Positions 17,901 through 25,844 of a stretch of DNA of 30,339 nt are shown here, piece after piece; position 1 is the first letter of the stretch; each line of letters opens with the position of its first letter. Below the pieces are notes generated by a model. The model was not told where the DNA came from and did not search any database. It worked only from the letters and a program-made list of their open reading frames with translations. Origin of the DNA: Gemmatimonadota bacterium (lineage in GTDB: Bacteria > Gemmatimonadota > Gemmatimonadetes > Palauibacterales > KS3-K002); contig JBDHJS010000042.1 in the NCBI GenBank assembly GCA_039586795.1, positions 1-30,339 of the forward strand, given 5' to 3'. The position numbers and the translations under genes are program-made.

Positions 17901-17993
17901 TGGTGGCGTGCCCCCGGTGGGAGTTGAACCCACACGACCTTGCGGTCACCCATCTGGCGAACGGGCGCGTCTACCAATTCCGCCACGGGGCAC
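17901..17993 (-). tRNA. Non-canonical tRNA-Leu-like RNA (Leu body, anticodon positions read GCC, C33); possibly a pseudo-tRNA
   Basis: D arm TGGCGGAATTGGTAGACGCG, long variable arm T-GACC-GCAA-GGTC-GT, T arm GTGGG-TTCAACT-CCCAC (all Leu-type); anticodon arm CCCGT-TCGCCAG-ATGGG; acceptor GTGCCCCG/CGGGGGCAC with one bulge; 3' end GCCACCA. Confidence 0.85.
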
Positions 17994-18014
17994 CTTGGCC
18001 ATGAGATGACGGAC

Positions 18015-18170
18015 TCGGTATCGGGCGCGCTTATCGCCAAACAGCCTCACAGACCGCGACCACAATAGGTCGCGGCTGTCATCAGATCCTCAAAGGGAGT
18101 GAGCTAGAGCTACTGGGAGGGACGAATCGTGTTTGGAAGGGCGCGCCCGACCCTCACCGGACGCTACCGA
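18015..18170 (-). other. Structured spacer (nested inverted repeats) between leuS and the tRNA-like element
   Basis: TCGGGCGCGC/GCGCGCCCGA (10 bp), CCAAACA/TGTTTGG (7 bp), inner CCGCGACC/GGTCGCGG (8 bp), outer TCGGTA/TACCGA. Confidence 0.5.
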
Positions 18171-18172
18171 AA

Positions 18173-20626
18173 CTACCCCACCACGATGTTGATCAGCCGG
18201 TCGGGCACGAAGATCACCTTGCGGATCTGCTTCCCGTCCATGTGACGCTGCACGCCATCCTCGGCCAGCGCCTTCTCCTTCACCTCGTCCTCGGATGCGC
18301 CGCGCGGAACCGAGATGGTGGCCCGCAGCCGTCCGTTCACCTGCACGGCGATGTCGACCTCGTCGGCGACGGCGAGCTTTGGATCGTATGCTGGCCAGTT
18401 GGTACCGGTGAAGATCGAATCGCCATGGCCGAGATGCTGCCATAGCTCCTCCGCCAGGTGGGGCGCGAAGGGCGCGATCATGACGACCAGCGGCTCGATC
18501 TCGGAGCGGCGCGCCGCGCGGCCACTGGCACGCGCGATGTTCAGGTACTCCATCATCGCGGCGATCGCGGTGTTGTACTGCAGGCTGGCGATATCCTCGG
18601 TCACCTTCTTGATCGTGGCGTGCAGCTTCTGCTCGATCTCCTCCGTCTCCGGTGGCCCGTCGCCCAGCTCGCCGTTCGCCGCGTCCCAGACGCGATCGAA
18701 GAAGCGGGCGATGCCGGTGATCCCCTGCTCGCGGAAGTCGCCGCCCTCTTCGTAGGGGCCGAGGAACATCAGATAGGTGCGGAACGTGTCGGCGCCGTAC
18801 TGCTCTACGTACTCGTCGGGTATCACCACGTTGCCGCGGGACTTCGACATCTTGGCGCCTTCCCGGATGATCAGTCCGTGCTTGCGGAACTTCTCGTACG
18901 GCTCCTCGAACGGCAGGTGCCCCAGGTCGTGGAGCGCCATGGTGAGGAAGCGCGAGTACATCAGGTGCAGCACGGCGTGCTCCTCGCCGCCGATGTACAT
19001 GTCGACGGGCAGCCACTTCTTGGTGCGGTTCGCGTCGAACGGAACGTCGTGCCTGTCCGTCGACGGGTAGCGCATGAAGTACCAGCCCGAGTCGAGGAAG
19101 GTGTCCGAGACGTCGGTCTCACGCTTCGCCGGGCCGCCACACTTCGGGCACTCGACGTTAAGGAACTCCGGGTCGCGGGCCAGCGGACCGATGCCGCTCT
19201 CGTCGGGCCGGAAGTTCTCCACGTGGGGCAGGACCACAGGCAGATCTTCCTCCGGCACCGGGACAGCGCCGTCCTTCTCGCAGTGGATGACCGGGATGGG
19301 CGGCCCCCAGTAGCGCTGCCGGGAGATACACCAGTCGTGTATCCGGTAGTTCACCGCGTGCTCGCCGCGCCCCTGCGAGGCGAGCCAGTCGGTGATCTCT
19401 TTGATCGCTTGCGCCGCCGGGACGCCATCGAACTTGCCGGAGTTGACCAGCACCTCATCCTCGGTGTGCTCGGTGAAGGCGGCCTCGAGGTCGGCGTCCG
19501 GGTCGAAACCCTCATATTGGTCGGCCGGGATGACGACGATGCGGATCGGCAGATCGTATTGGGTCGCGAACTCGAAGTCGCGCTCGTCGTGCGCCGGCAC
19601 GCCCATGATGGCGCCGTGCCCGTACTCCATCAGCACGTAGTCGGCCACCCAGATCGAGATCTCCTCGTCGGTGACCGGGTTGATCGCCTTCGCCCCGGTG
19701 TCGACACCGGTCTTCTGTCGCTCCTCTCCTGCCTTGCGTCGTTCGACCAGGTCCATGGCCAGGGCGTTCCGGACGTACGACTCGACCTCGGAGCGGTGCT
19801 CGTCGGTCGTGATCTCCTGCATGTACGGATGCTCGGGCGCCAGCACCATGAAGGTGGCGCCGAACAGCGTGTCGGGCCGTGTGGTGAAGACGCGCAGCTT
19901 CTTGTCCGAGTGGCCGACGATCTCGAAATCGATGTCGGCGCCGTCGGAGCGACCGATCCAGTTCCGCTGTAGCCGCTTGGTCGAATCGGACCAGTCGATC
20001 CATTCCAGGTTGTCCAGCAGCCGCTGGGCGAAGTCGGTGATCTTGAAGAACCACTGGTCGAGGAACCGCTGAGTCACCTCGCTGCTGCAGCGCTCGCAGC
20101 GGCCGTCGATGACCTGCTCGTTGGCCAGCACGGTCTTGCACGACGGGCACCAGTTGACCGGCGCTTGGCGGCGCTCCGCCAGCCCGGCCTTATAGAGCTG
20201 CAGGAAGATCCACTGGGTCCACTTGTAGTACTCGGGCTGGGTGACGTCGACCACCCGGTCCCAGTCGTACATGAACCCCATGCGCTTCAGCTGCCGGGTG
20301 AAGTTGGCGATGTTCGACGGGATCAGCTCCATCGGGTGAGTGCGCCGCTCGAGGGCGAAGTTCTCCGAGTGGATGCCGAAGGCGTCGAACCCGATGGGCT
20401 CGAAGACGTCGTTCCCCTGCAGCTGCTTGAAGCGGCCGTGGATGTCGGCGCCGGTGAAAGCGTACACGTTCCCCACGTGCAGCCCCTCCGCCGATGGGTA
20501 GGGGTACATCATAAGGTTGTAGAAGGGATTCGCCGCCCCGTCTATGTCGACATTGTTCAGGCGGGTCTCATCCCAGCGCTTCTGCCACTTCGTCTCGACC
20601 GCGACCGGGTCGTAGCGCTCAGCCAT
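18173..20626 (-). CDS. leuS: Leucine--tRNA ligase
   Basis: MYPYPS, HIGH-like HVGN, editing domain FTTRPDTLFG and GAIMGVPAHDERD, ISRQRYWG, KMSKS, C-terminal VQVNG.LR. Confidence 0.97.
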   Translation of the reverse strand: MAERYDPVAVETKWQKRWDETRLNNVDIDGAANPFYNLMMYPYPSAEGLHVGNVYAFTGADIHGRFKQLQGNDVFEPIGFDAFGIHSENFALERRTHPMELIPSNIANFTRQLKRMGFMYDWDRVVDVTQPEYYKWTQWIFLQLYKAGLAERRQAPVNWCPSCKTVLANEQVIDGRCERCSSEVTQRFLDQWFFKITDFAQRLLDNLEWIDWSDSTKRLQRNWIGRSDGADIDFEIVGHSDKKLRVFTTRPDTLFGATFMVLAPEHPYMQEITTDEHRSEVESYVRNALAMDLVERRKAGEERQKTGVDTGAKAINPVTDEEISIWVADYVLMEYGHGAIMGVPAHDERDFEFATQYDLPIRIVVIPADQYEGFDPDADLEAAFTEHTEDEVLVNSGKFDGVPAAQAIKEITDWLASQGRGEHAVNYRIHDWCISRQRYWGPPIPVIHCEKDGAVPVPEEDLPVVLPHVENFRPDESGIGPLARDPEFLNVECPKCGGPAKRETDVSDTFLDSGWYFMRYPSTDRHDVPFDANRTKKWLPVDMYIGGEEHAVLHLMYSRFLTMALHDLGHLPFEEPYEKFRKHGLIIREGAKMSKSRGNVVIPDEYVEQYGADTFRTYLMFLGPYEEGGDFREQGITGIARFFDRVWDAANGELGDGPPETEEIEQKLHATIKKVTEDIASLQYNTAIAAMMEYLNIARASGRAARRSEIEPLVVMIAPFAPHLAEELWQHLGHGDSIFTGTNWPAYDPKLAVADEVDIAVQVNGRLRATISVPRGASEDEVKEKALAEDGVQRHMDGKQIRKVIFVPDRLINIVVG

Positions 20627-20649
20627 AGCTCCAACTGGGTCTATATGAG

Positions 20650-20675
20650 AAAAAGGACGGGCTCCCGGCCCGCCC
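20650..20675 (-). terminator. Terminator-like hairpin ~25 nt upstream of leuS
   Basis: Minus strand GGGCGGGC-CGGGA-GCCCGTCC-TTTTT. Confidence 0.55.
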
Positions 20676-20707
20676 CGCGAGTTCGGAAACCCATAATAGA
20701 TATGGAG

Positions 20708-20736
20708 GCCGGGCCGGAATTCAATGCCGGCCCGGC
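20708..20736. repeat. 10-bp perfect inverted repeat
   Basis: GCCGGGCCGG-AATTCAATG-CCGGCCCGGC, 12 nt past the lipoprotein stop codon. Confidence 0.6.
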
Positions 20737-20748
20737 TGTTGGCTCAGA

Positions 20749-21189
20749 TCAGGCCGGAGTGAGGCGCAACTCCACCGATGTGTCAGAGATGTCCGTGATC
20801 AGCACCGCCACCCGGAGGTTGGCGCCCTCCACGATCCCCGTCCAGCTGCCGCCCAGGTTGGGCTCAAGGGTGAAGGTGCTTTCGCTGGTCATCGTGGCGA
20901 TCCCTTCCTCCGAGTAGAGGCCGGGTACCGGCGCTCCGCCGGTCGGCGTTGTCTCGTAGGTTATCGCCATCGTGTAGCGTCCGTCCGGATCGATCGATAG
21001 CGTGCCGGCAGTCACCTCAGTGACCTCCGTCCCCGTGCTGTCCGTCGTTGCAGGCAGCGTTTCGCCGTCCACGTCGAGCAAGCGGTAGAGCCCGGCAATG
21101 TCGGCCGGACTTGTTGTGTCGTCCGAACACGCGATCGCGATTATACCGATCGGAAGGAGAAAAACCAGAGCAATTAGTCTGCGTTTCAT
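20749..21189 (-). CDS. Hypothetical lipoprotein (beta-rich, lipocalin-like)
   Basis: Lipobox AIAC; AG.Y.L..VDG..LPA motif shared with the neighbouring gene. Confidence 0.78.
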   Translation of the reverse strand: MKRRLIALVFLLPIGIIAIACSDDTTSPADIAGLYRLLDVDGETLPATTDSTGTEVTEVTAGTLSIDPDGRYTMAITYETTPTGGAPVPGLYSEEGIATMTSESTFTLEPNLGGSWTGIVEGANLRVAVLITDISDTSVELRLTPA

Positions 21190-21225
21190 GATCTCACTTT
21201 GTTTGCGGTTGCGCTGCTCTCATAG

Positions 21226-21681
21226 TCAGCCGCCGGACTGCTTCCGGAATGTCACGTCGAGCCGACCCAAGAGAAAATCGGGCTCGCCGATACCGACCGT
21301 GATCTCCGTGCCGTCGACCTCACCGAACCATGTGGTTCCCGGCGTCGTCGATTCGAACATCAGCAGACCCTCGCCAAACGTGTAGGGACCGACGTCCGTG
21401 AAGCGTTCCGTTGTCGGGTTTCCCGGCTGTTGCGGATTGGTGATTCGAAAGTCGACAAAGAGCGAGTAGTTCTGGTTTGCCAAAAGAACGAGTCGACCGC
21501 CCGTCACCTCGGTGACCACCAGAGTGTCGCTGGTTGCGATGGTCGCCGGGATCGAACTGCCGTCGGCGGACACCAGATTGTACTCGCCGGCGAGGCTCTC
21601 CGGAGTAATTGGGTCGCTGCAAGCCAGCGATCCCAGCAGCAGTGTAGCGGCTGTCAGATTCCTTAGTGTGATCAACTGCAT
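21226..21681 (-). CDS. Hypothetical lipoprotein, paralog of 20749-21189
   Basis: Lipobox SLAC; LAGEYNLVSADGSSIPAT..VTEVTGG.L. Confidence 0.78.
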   Translation of the reverse strand: MQLITLRNLTAATLLLGSLACSDPITPESLAGEYNLVSADGSSIPATIATSDTLVVTEVTGGRLVLLANQNYSLFVDFRITNPQQPGNPTTERFTDVGPYTFGEGLLMFESTTPGTTWFGEVDGTEITVGIGEPDFLLGRLDVTFRKQSGG

Positions 21682-21749
21682 GGGCCGTCATCCGTTGTGG
21701 TCATCGCGCAGCGAAACTGGCACGCCGATCCGGCGATGGCAAGGTGTTT

Positions 21750-22787
21750 CTACGGCTCCAGTGCGGTCCACGGATCGTCCGCATCCTTGATGGCTTGCGC
21801 TATGTGTTCAAAAGCCGCTGTCAGGCTCCCCGCCGTTTCGTAGATGCTCTTAAAGAGGGACAGACGGTGAAAATAGAGGTGCCGGGCGATCAGCGTCGCG
21901 TTGTTGATGCGCGTTGGGTCGTAGCGAGCGAAGCCGCGGGTTTTCATCTGCGGCGCAAACTCCGTCCTGAACCGCTCGGCGGATTCGGCCAACAGCGATT
22001 CTCTGCGCCCCAGCAGGTCTTCGATGGGCAAGGCCTCGGCGTATAGCTCCTCCAGGTCATCCCACAGCTGGTCCAGGAACTCGCTCAGCAACACGGTGTC
22101 GGTCCATCGGTCGCGAGCCGTCTGGCAAAGCGCTTCGTCCCGGGTTCGCTGGCAGAAGAACTCGACCGCGCCCACCGATCCGACGAAGTTGGCGAAGCTT
22201 TCGTTGAACTTGACTTGCCCGCTGATGAACAGCGTGTTGTGGGTCAGCTCGTGAATGACCGTCTCTACGAGACCGACGCTGTCTTGTCGCAACGCGGTGT
22301 TGAGCAGCGGGTCGGGAAACCAACCCAGAGTGCTGAACGCCGAGGTTGTCCTCAAGTACGTGTCGTAGTTCTTCTCCTCCAGCTTTCGCTGTTCCTTCCG
22401 CGCCGCTTCGAGGCTGAAAAAGCCTTTGTACGGAACGTGGCCGACGATCGGGAACCACCAGGTGTAAGCGGTCAACTGATCGGGTGGGCTAGCGGAGATC
22501 ACGAGAGCGAGGGTGTCGCGACCGATATCGGCATAGGACGTATAGCTGTCGCCGACGTCCAGGTTCAGGTCGCGGCCGGCGAAGGTGCGCGCTTGGACCA
22601 CGAGCTCGAGTTTGCCGCGGGTCACCGGGTCGAGCTGCGGGTCGTCGAGCACCTCTATCATAGGTCGGCGGCGCGCCAGTATCCGCGCTTCCTCCCAAGC
22701 GGCGCGGAGCACGTAACCCGGTGAGCAGGCGAGGGCGGAGGAGGACAGAATGAGCAAGATCGCTGCGCGCCTCACGACGCCTCCCAC
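21750..22787 (-). CDS. Putative zinc aminopeptidase lipoprotein (DUF2265/Aminopep family)
   Basis: Lipobox ALAC; WWFPIVGHVPYKGFF, FSTLGWFPDP, HELTH zinc motif, FNESFA. Confidence 0.85.
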   Translation of the reverse strand: MGGVVRRAAILLILSSSALACSPGYVLRAAWEEARILARRRPMIEVLDDPQLDPVTRGKLELVVQARTFAGRDLNLDVGDSYTSYADIGRDTLALVISASPPDQLTAYTWWFPIVGHVPYKGFFSLEAARKEQRKLEEKNYDTYLRTTSAFSTLGWFPDPLLNTALRQDSVGLVETVIHELTHNTLFISGQVKFNESFANFVGSVGAVEFFCQRTRDEALCQTARDRWTDTVLLSEFLDQLWDDLEELYAEALPIEDLLGRRESLLAESAERFRTEFAPQMKTRGFARYDPTRINNATLIARHLYFHRLSLFKSIYETAGSLTAAFEHIAQAIKDADDPWTALEP

Positions 22788-23857
22788 CGTGACAGCTTTT
22801 TCAGGGCTTGCATCCGGTCGGTTTCTCCGATGCGAGCATGTTGTACAGCCTCCCGTAGCCAGTCGATAGATCGATCGTAGTTCTCGCGATCCACGGGATA
22901 AGGATACCCGTCTTTGCCGCCGTGCGCGAAGCTGAAGCGGGCCGGGTCGCGGTAGCTTGCCGGAGCGCCATAAGAGAGCTCCGCGATCAACGCCAACGCC
23001 CTGACCGTCTTCGCACCAACGCCCTTCAGCGCGAGCAGCGCCTCGAAGTTGTTCGGCTGCGCTTCGTATGTGGTGAGCAGCACCTTCGATAGGTTGCGCG
23101 GGGCGATGTCGGCTCGAACATCGACATGGTGCCGCTTGGGCAATGTCAGGCGGAGCAAGTCGGCCACTTCCTTCTGTGTTCTTCCCGGCTCTTCACGCGC
23201 GATCTGCGCCGCCGCTTGCCGGGCGTCACCCGATTCCCGGGCCACGAAGTTGAGGACCGTCTGTTCCTGCCCGTCGGCGCAGATCGCGGAATGAGGCTCG
23301 CAGACGAAATCGTCGACGGCCGAGCCTAACCAGTGGTAGCGCCGGGCCGCGTTGCCACTCTCTTTCATCCCCTGCTGGACCACCGCCCACTCGCCGGCAG
23401 GTGTGAAGAAGAAGGAGTGGTGGTAGACCTGGAAACCGTCCTGTACGGCCGCGCTATCCACCTTCGCCGACATACGGCTGGAGTAGACCAGCGCCTCGCC
23501 GTCCAGGCCCAACGGTTCCGCCTTGGACCGCAGCTCGTCCGGCGTCTTCCGTGATGCCTTGCCTTTGCCGCCGGCCACGTAGATCGACGTGTCCGCCTCG
23601 GCACCGGCCAGTCCGGCTTTGAGCGCGCCGCAGACGGTGGTGGTCACGCCGCTCGAGTGCCAGTCGAAGCCGAGGACGCAGCCGAACGCTTGGAACCAGA
23701 AGGGATCGGAGAGCCGTCGCAAGAACTCGGAGGCGCCGTGCTCGATCACGATGGCTTCAGTCAGTGCCCTGCCGAGCGCGGTCATGCGGTGAAACAGCCA
23801 GCGGGGCGCCCGACCTGTATGCAGGGGCAGCGTAGCGGTTCCGGTTCTACGGGCCAT
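22772..23857 (-). CDS. DUF763 domain-containing protein
   Basis: LPLH.G.AP.WLF, DPFWFQAFGCVLGFDWHSSGVTT, AKVDSAAVQDG, FSFAHGGKDG.PYPV. Confidence 0.9.
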   Translation of the reverse strand: MARRTGTATLPLHTGRAPRWLFHRMTALGRALTEAIVIEHGASEFLRRLSDPFWFQAFGCVLGFDWHSSGVTTTVCGALKAGLAGAEADTSIYVAGGKGKASRKTPDELRSKAEPLGLDGEALVYSSRMSAKVDSAAVQDGFQVYHHSFFFTPAGEWAVVQQGMKESGNAARRYHWLGSAVDDFVCEPHSAICADGQEQTVLNFVARESGDARQAAAQIAREEPGRTQKEVADLLRLTLPKRHHVDVRADIAPRNLSKVLLTTYEAQPNNFEALLALKGVGAKTVRALALIAELSYGAPASYRDPARFSFAHGGKDGYPYPVDRENYDRSIDWLREAVQHARIGETDRMQALKKLSRWEAS

Positions 23858-24058
23858 CAATTCTGTTCCGGTGATGGAAAAGTCTTGCGTCGTGCGTTAT
23901 TATACTCAACGAAGCTTCTGGCGATCCAGATTCACTCGGATCGCGAGGGCACCCTTCGGGTTTTGAGGGTTACATAGGGGTGGCGTCGGCACGAACCGGC
24001 AGCCGCGGCCAGAGCCGCGGACGGTGGCCGGGAAAACCACTGGGGAGGGGACGAATCG

Positions 24059-24382
24059 ATGGCTGACGATCATGGGGTGGACCCGAACAAGCTCCGGCAG
24101 GATCTGCTTAATCTCGCGGATGCGATCATCAGGCTGGATGAGGAAGGTACGCTTCTGGAGGCGACCCCCGAGCTGATCAAGCTGTTCGGAGATCTGCGTT
24201 CGCACCTTTTCGAATACGAAGTGCGTTTCACGGACCAGTTCTTCCCGGACGAGGAAGATGTCCCGGAGGTCGTGGAGGCGCAGCGGATCGTCAACGACTT
24301 CGCCCGCCAGATGGAGGAAGAGGATCGCCAGTGGTGGCGACGCTGGTCGACCGAAGTCGAGGAGGAAGATGAGTTCGGTTAG
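24059..24382 (+). CDS. Acidic helical hypothetical protein
   Basis: GGGAGGGG RBS, coding-like composition, fills the gap between DUF763 and PhzF genes. Confidence 0.75.
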   Translation: MADDHGVDPNKLRQDLLNLADAIIRLDEEGTLLEATPELIKLFGDLRSHLFEYEVRFTDQFFPDEEDVPEVVEAQRIVNDFARQMEEEDRQWWRRWSTEVEEEDEFG

Positions 24383-24397
24383 GATATACCGAAGCGG

Positions 24398-25300
24398 CTA
24401 GACCCGGACCGTTCCTTCCAGCATCGCGACGGCGCCGCCGGCGATCTCGAGATCGCTGACTGCGCCGTCTTTTTCTTCGACACGCACGATCACGCGCCCC
24501 GGCCGACCCATCAGATCACCCTGCTCACCCTTCAGTTCAGTCCAACCCTCGCTCGCGCTCGGTTGGTTCAGGCTCAGATAGACGACGCCCATCGGCCCCT
24601 GCGCGCTGCCGGTAACGATGTCTTCGTCTACGCCGTGGAACGGCGCGAAGAAACGGAGGAACCAGTCCGAGTCGCGGTCGATGGTGTCGCGGGTGAAGAA
24701 GGTGAAGCAGGCCGTGTCGTCGAAGCCGGCCAGCCGCTCCGCGTCCAGGGTCACCCGGCCGAGGGCCGATCGGTCGCGAACCGGAATGTACCAGTAGTTG
24801 ATGCCGGTGTTTACCAGCCAGTCGCCGGAAAGCTCGTCCAGTCCGATGTTCCAGGTGTCCGCAAACGCCTGGCGATCGAGCCCGAGCGGCGCGAACGTCG
24901 GAACCGGAATCTGCATTGCGATGCGGGGCTTCCCGCCGACCCGCGTGATCCGGATGCGCAGCAGGCCCGACAGGGTCTCCACTTTGAGGACTCGCTCGCC
25001 GCCTTCCTCGACGTCGAACACGCCGTGCTCGGCGGCGGCGGTGAACGTGGCGATAGTGGCGTGCCCGCAGAGGTCGACTTCGGTGGTCGGCGTGAACCAA
25101 CGCAGCCGTATGTCGGCGGCGGGGTTGGAGGGCGGGACCAGGAATGCGGTCTCCGCATGGTTCATCTGCCGGGCGACCAGCTGCATCTCTTCCGGGTCGA
25201 GGTCTTTGGGATCCACGACGACGCCAGCCGGGTTGCCGGCGAACGGCGCCTCGGTAAAGGCGTTGTAGTGGAAGATCTCGATCTTGCGTTCGGCGCTCAT
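24398..25300 (-). CDS. PhzF family phenazine biosynthesis-like isomerase
   Basis: NAFT..PFAGNPAGVV, ETAF, RWFTPTTEVDLCGHAT, ED.VTGSA, EQG..MGRPG. Confidence 0.93.
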   Translation of the reverse strand: MSAERKIEIFHYNAFTEAPFAGNPAGVVVDPKDLDPEEMQLVARQMNHAETAFLVPPSNPAADIRLRWFTPTTEVDLCGHATIATFTAAAEHGVFDVEEGGERVLKVETLSGLLRIRITRVGGKPRIAMQIPVPTFAPLGLDRQAFADTWNIGLDELSGDWLVNTGINYWYIPVRDRSALGRVTLDAERLAGFDDTACFTFFTRDTIDRDSDWFLRFFAPFHGVDEDIVTGSAQGPMGVVYLSLNQPSASEGWTELKGEQGDLMGRPGRVIVRVEEKDGAVSDLEIAGGAVAMLEGTVRV

Positions 25301-25698
25301 GACTCGAAGTCCGCTTCGTCCAGGTCAGCCTGCCTGGCGATGGGATCCTCTTCCTGCTCTTCCTGGCGGATCTTCTGGTAGAGGAACCAGGAGAGCCCGG
25401 CGGCGCCCAGGGCACCGGCCGCTGAAGCGATCACGCCGGCGAACTTGCGTTTACGCTCGGCAGTCGCTTTCTCTCGTTTCTTGCGCGATGGCTTGGACCC
25501 GGCCCACGACCAGAGATGGCGGTCGAGATCATCGCGATACAGCGGTTTCTTGGTACGGTCGCGCTTGCGGCGGCTGCGACGTTCGCGTCCGCTTCGGCGA
25601 TCGTTGCCCGAGCGACGCTCCTTCTTGGATTTCTTGGTCGCTTCGCCGCGAGTCTTCTTGCCGTCGGGTTCGGCTTTGCCCAACCACAGCGGTGACAT
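25297..25698 (-). CDS. Basic Arg/Lys-rich protein with a single TM helix near the C-terminus (133 aa)
   Basis: GGAGG RBS before ATG 25698; stop overlaps the PhzF start (ATGA); ERRSGNDRRSGRERRS motif. Confidence 0.7.
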   Translation of the reverse strand: MSPLWLGKAEPDGKKTRGEATKKSKKERRSGNDRRSGRERRSRRKRDRTKKPLYRDDLDRHLWSWAGSKPSRKKREKATAERKRKFAGVIASAAGALGAAGLSWFLYQKIRQEEQEEDPIARQADLDEADFES

Positions 25699-25844
25699 GT
25701 ATATGTTCCTCCATCGAAACCGGACATCCTGCCGCGGCTTCCGTGGGAAGTTCCACAGTCGCTGCACGTGCTGGCGGCGGGGGAGCGATGCCAGCCGTCA
25801 AAAAGCTATCCGAATAACTATACGCCTTCCACCCAACAAATGTT

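Noticed and set aside
17948..17965. Ordinary tRNA-Leu(CAG), or an inverted loop reading CU-GGC-GA
   Set aside because: CAG is not centred in any loop the stem allows, and inverting the loop would give GGC (Ala), still not Leu.
17700..18000. tmRNA (one- or two-piece), suggested by the CCACCA end and a downstream frame starting A-N
   Set aside because: The element is a full Leu-type cloverleaf with no Ala G3-U70 acceptor, and no downstream frame ends in a tag-like LAA stop.
18049..18086. Hammerhead ribozyme (CUGAUGA followed by a stem)
   Set aside because: The required GAAA after stem II is absent (UGAG instead).
18458..19972. Long antisense ORFs (also 11100-12272, 11887-13053, 24563-25381)
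   Set aside because: Shadow frames of real high-GC genes with no recognisable motifs.
24398..25300. Phenazine biosynthesis cluster
   Set aside because: Lone PhzF-family gene with no phzA/B/D/E/G.
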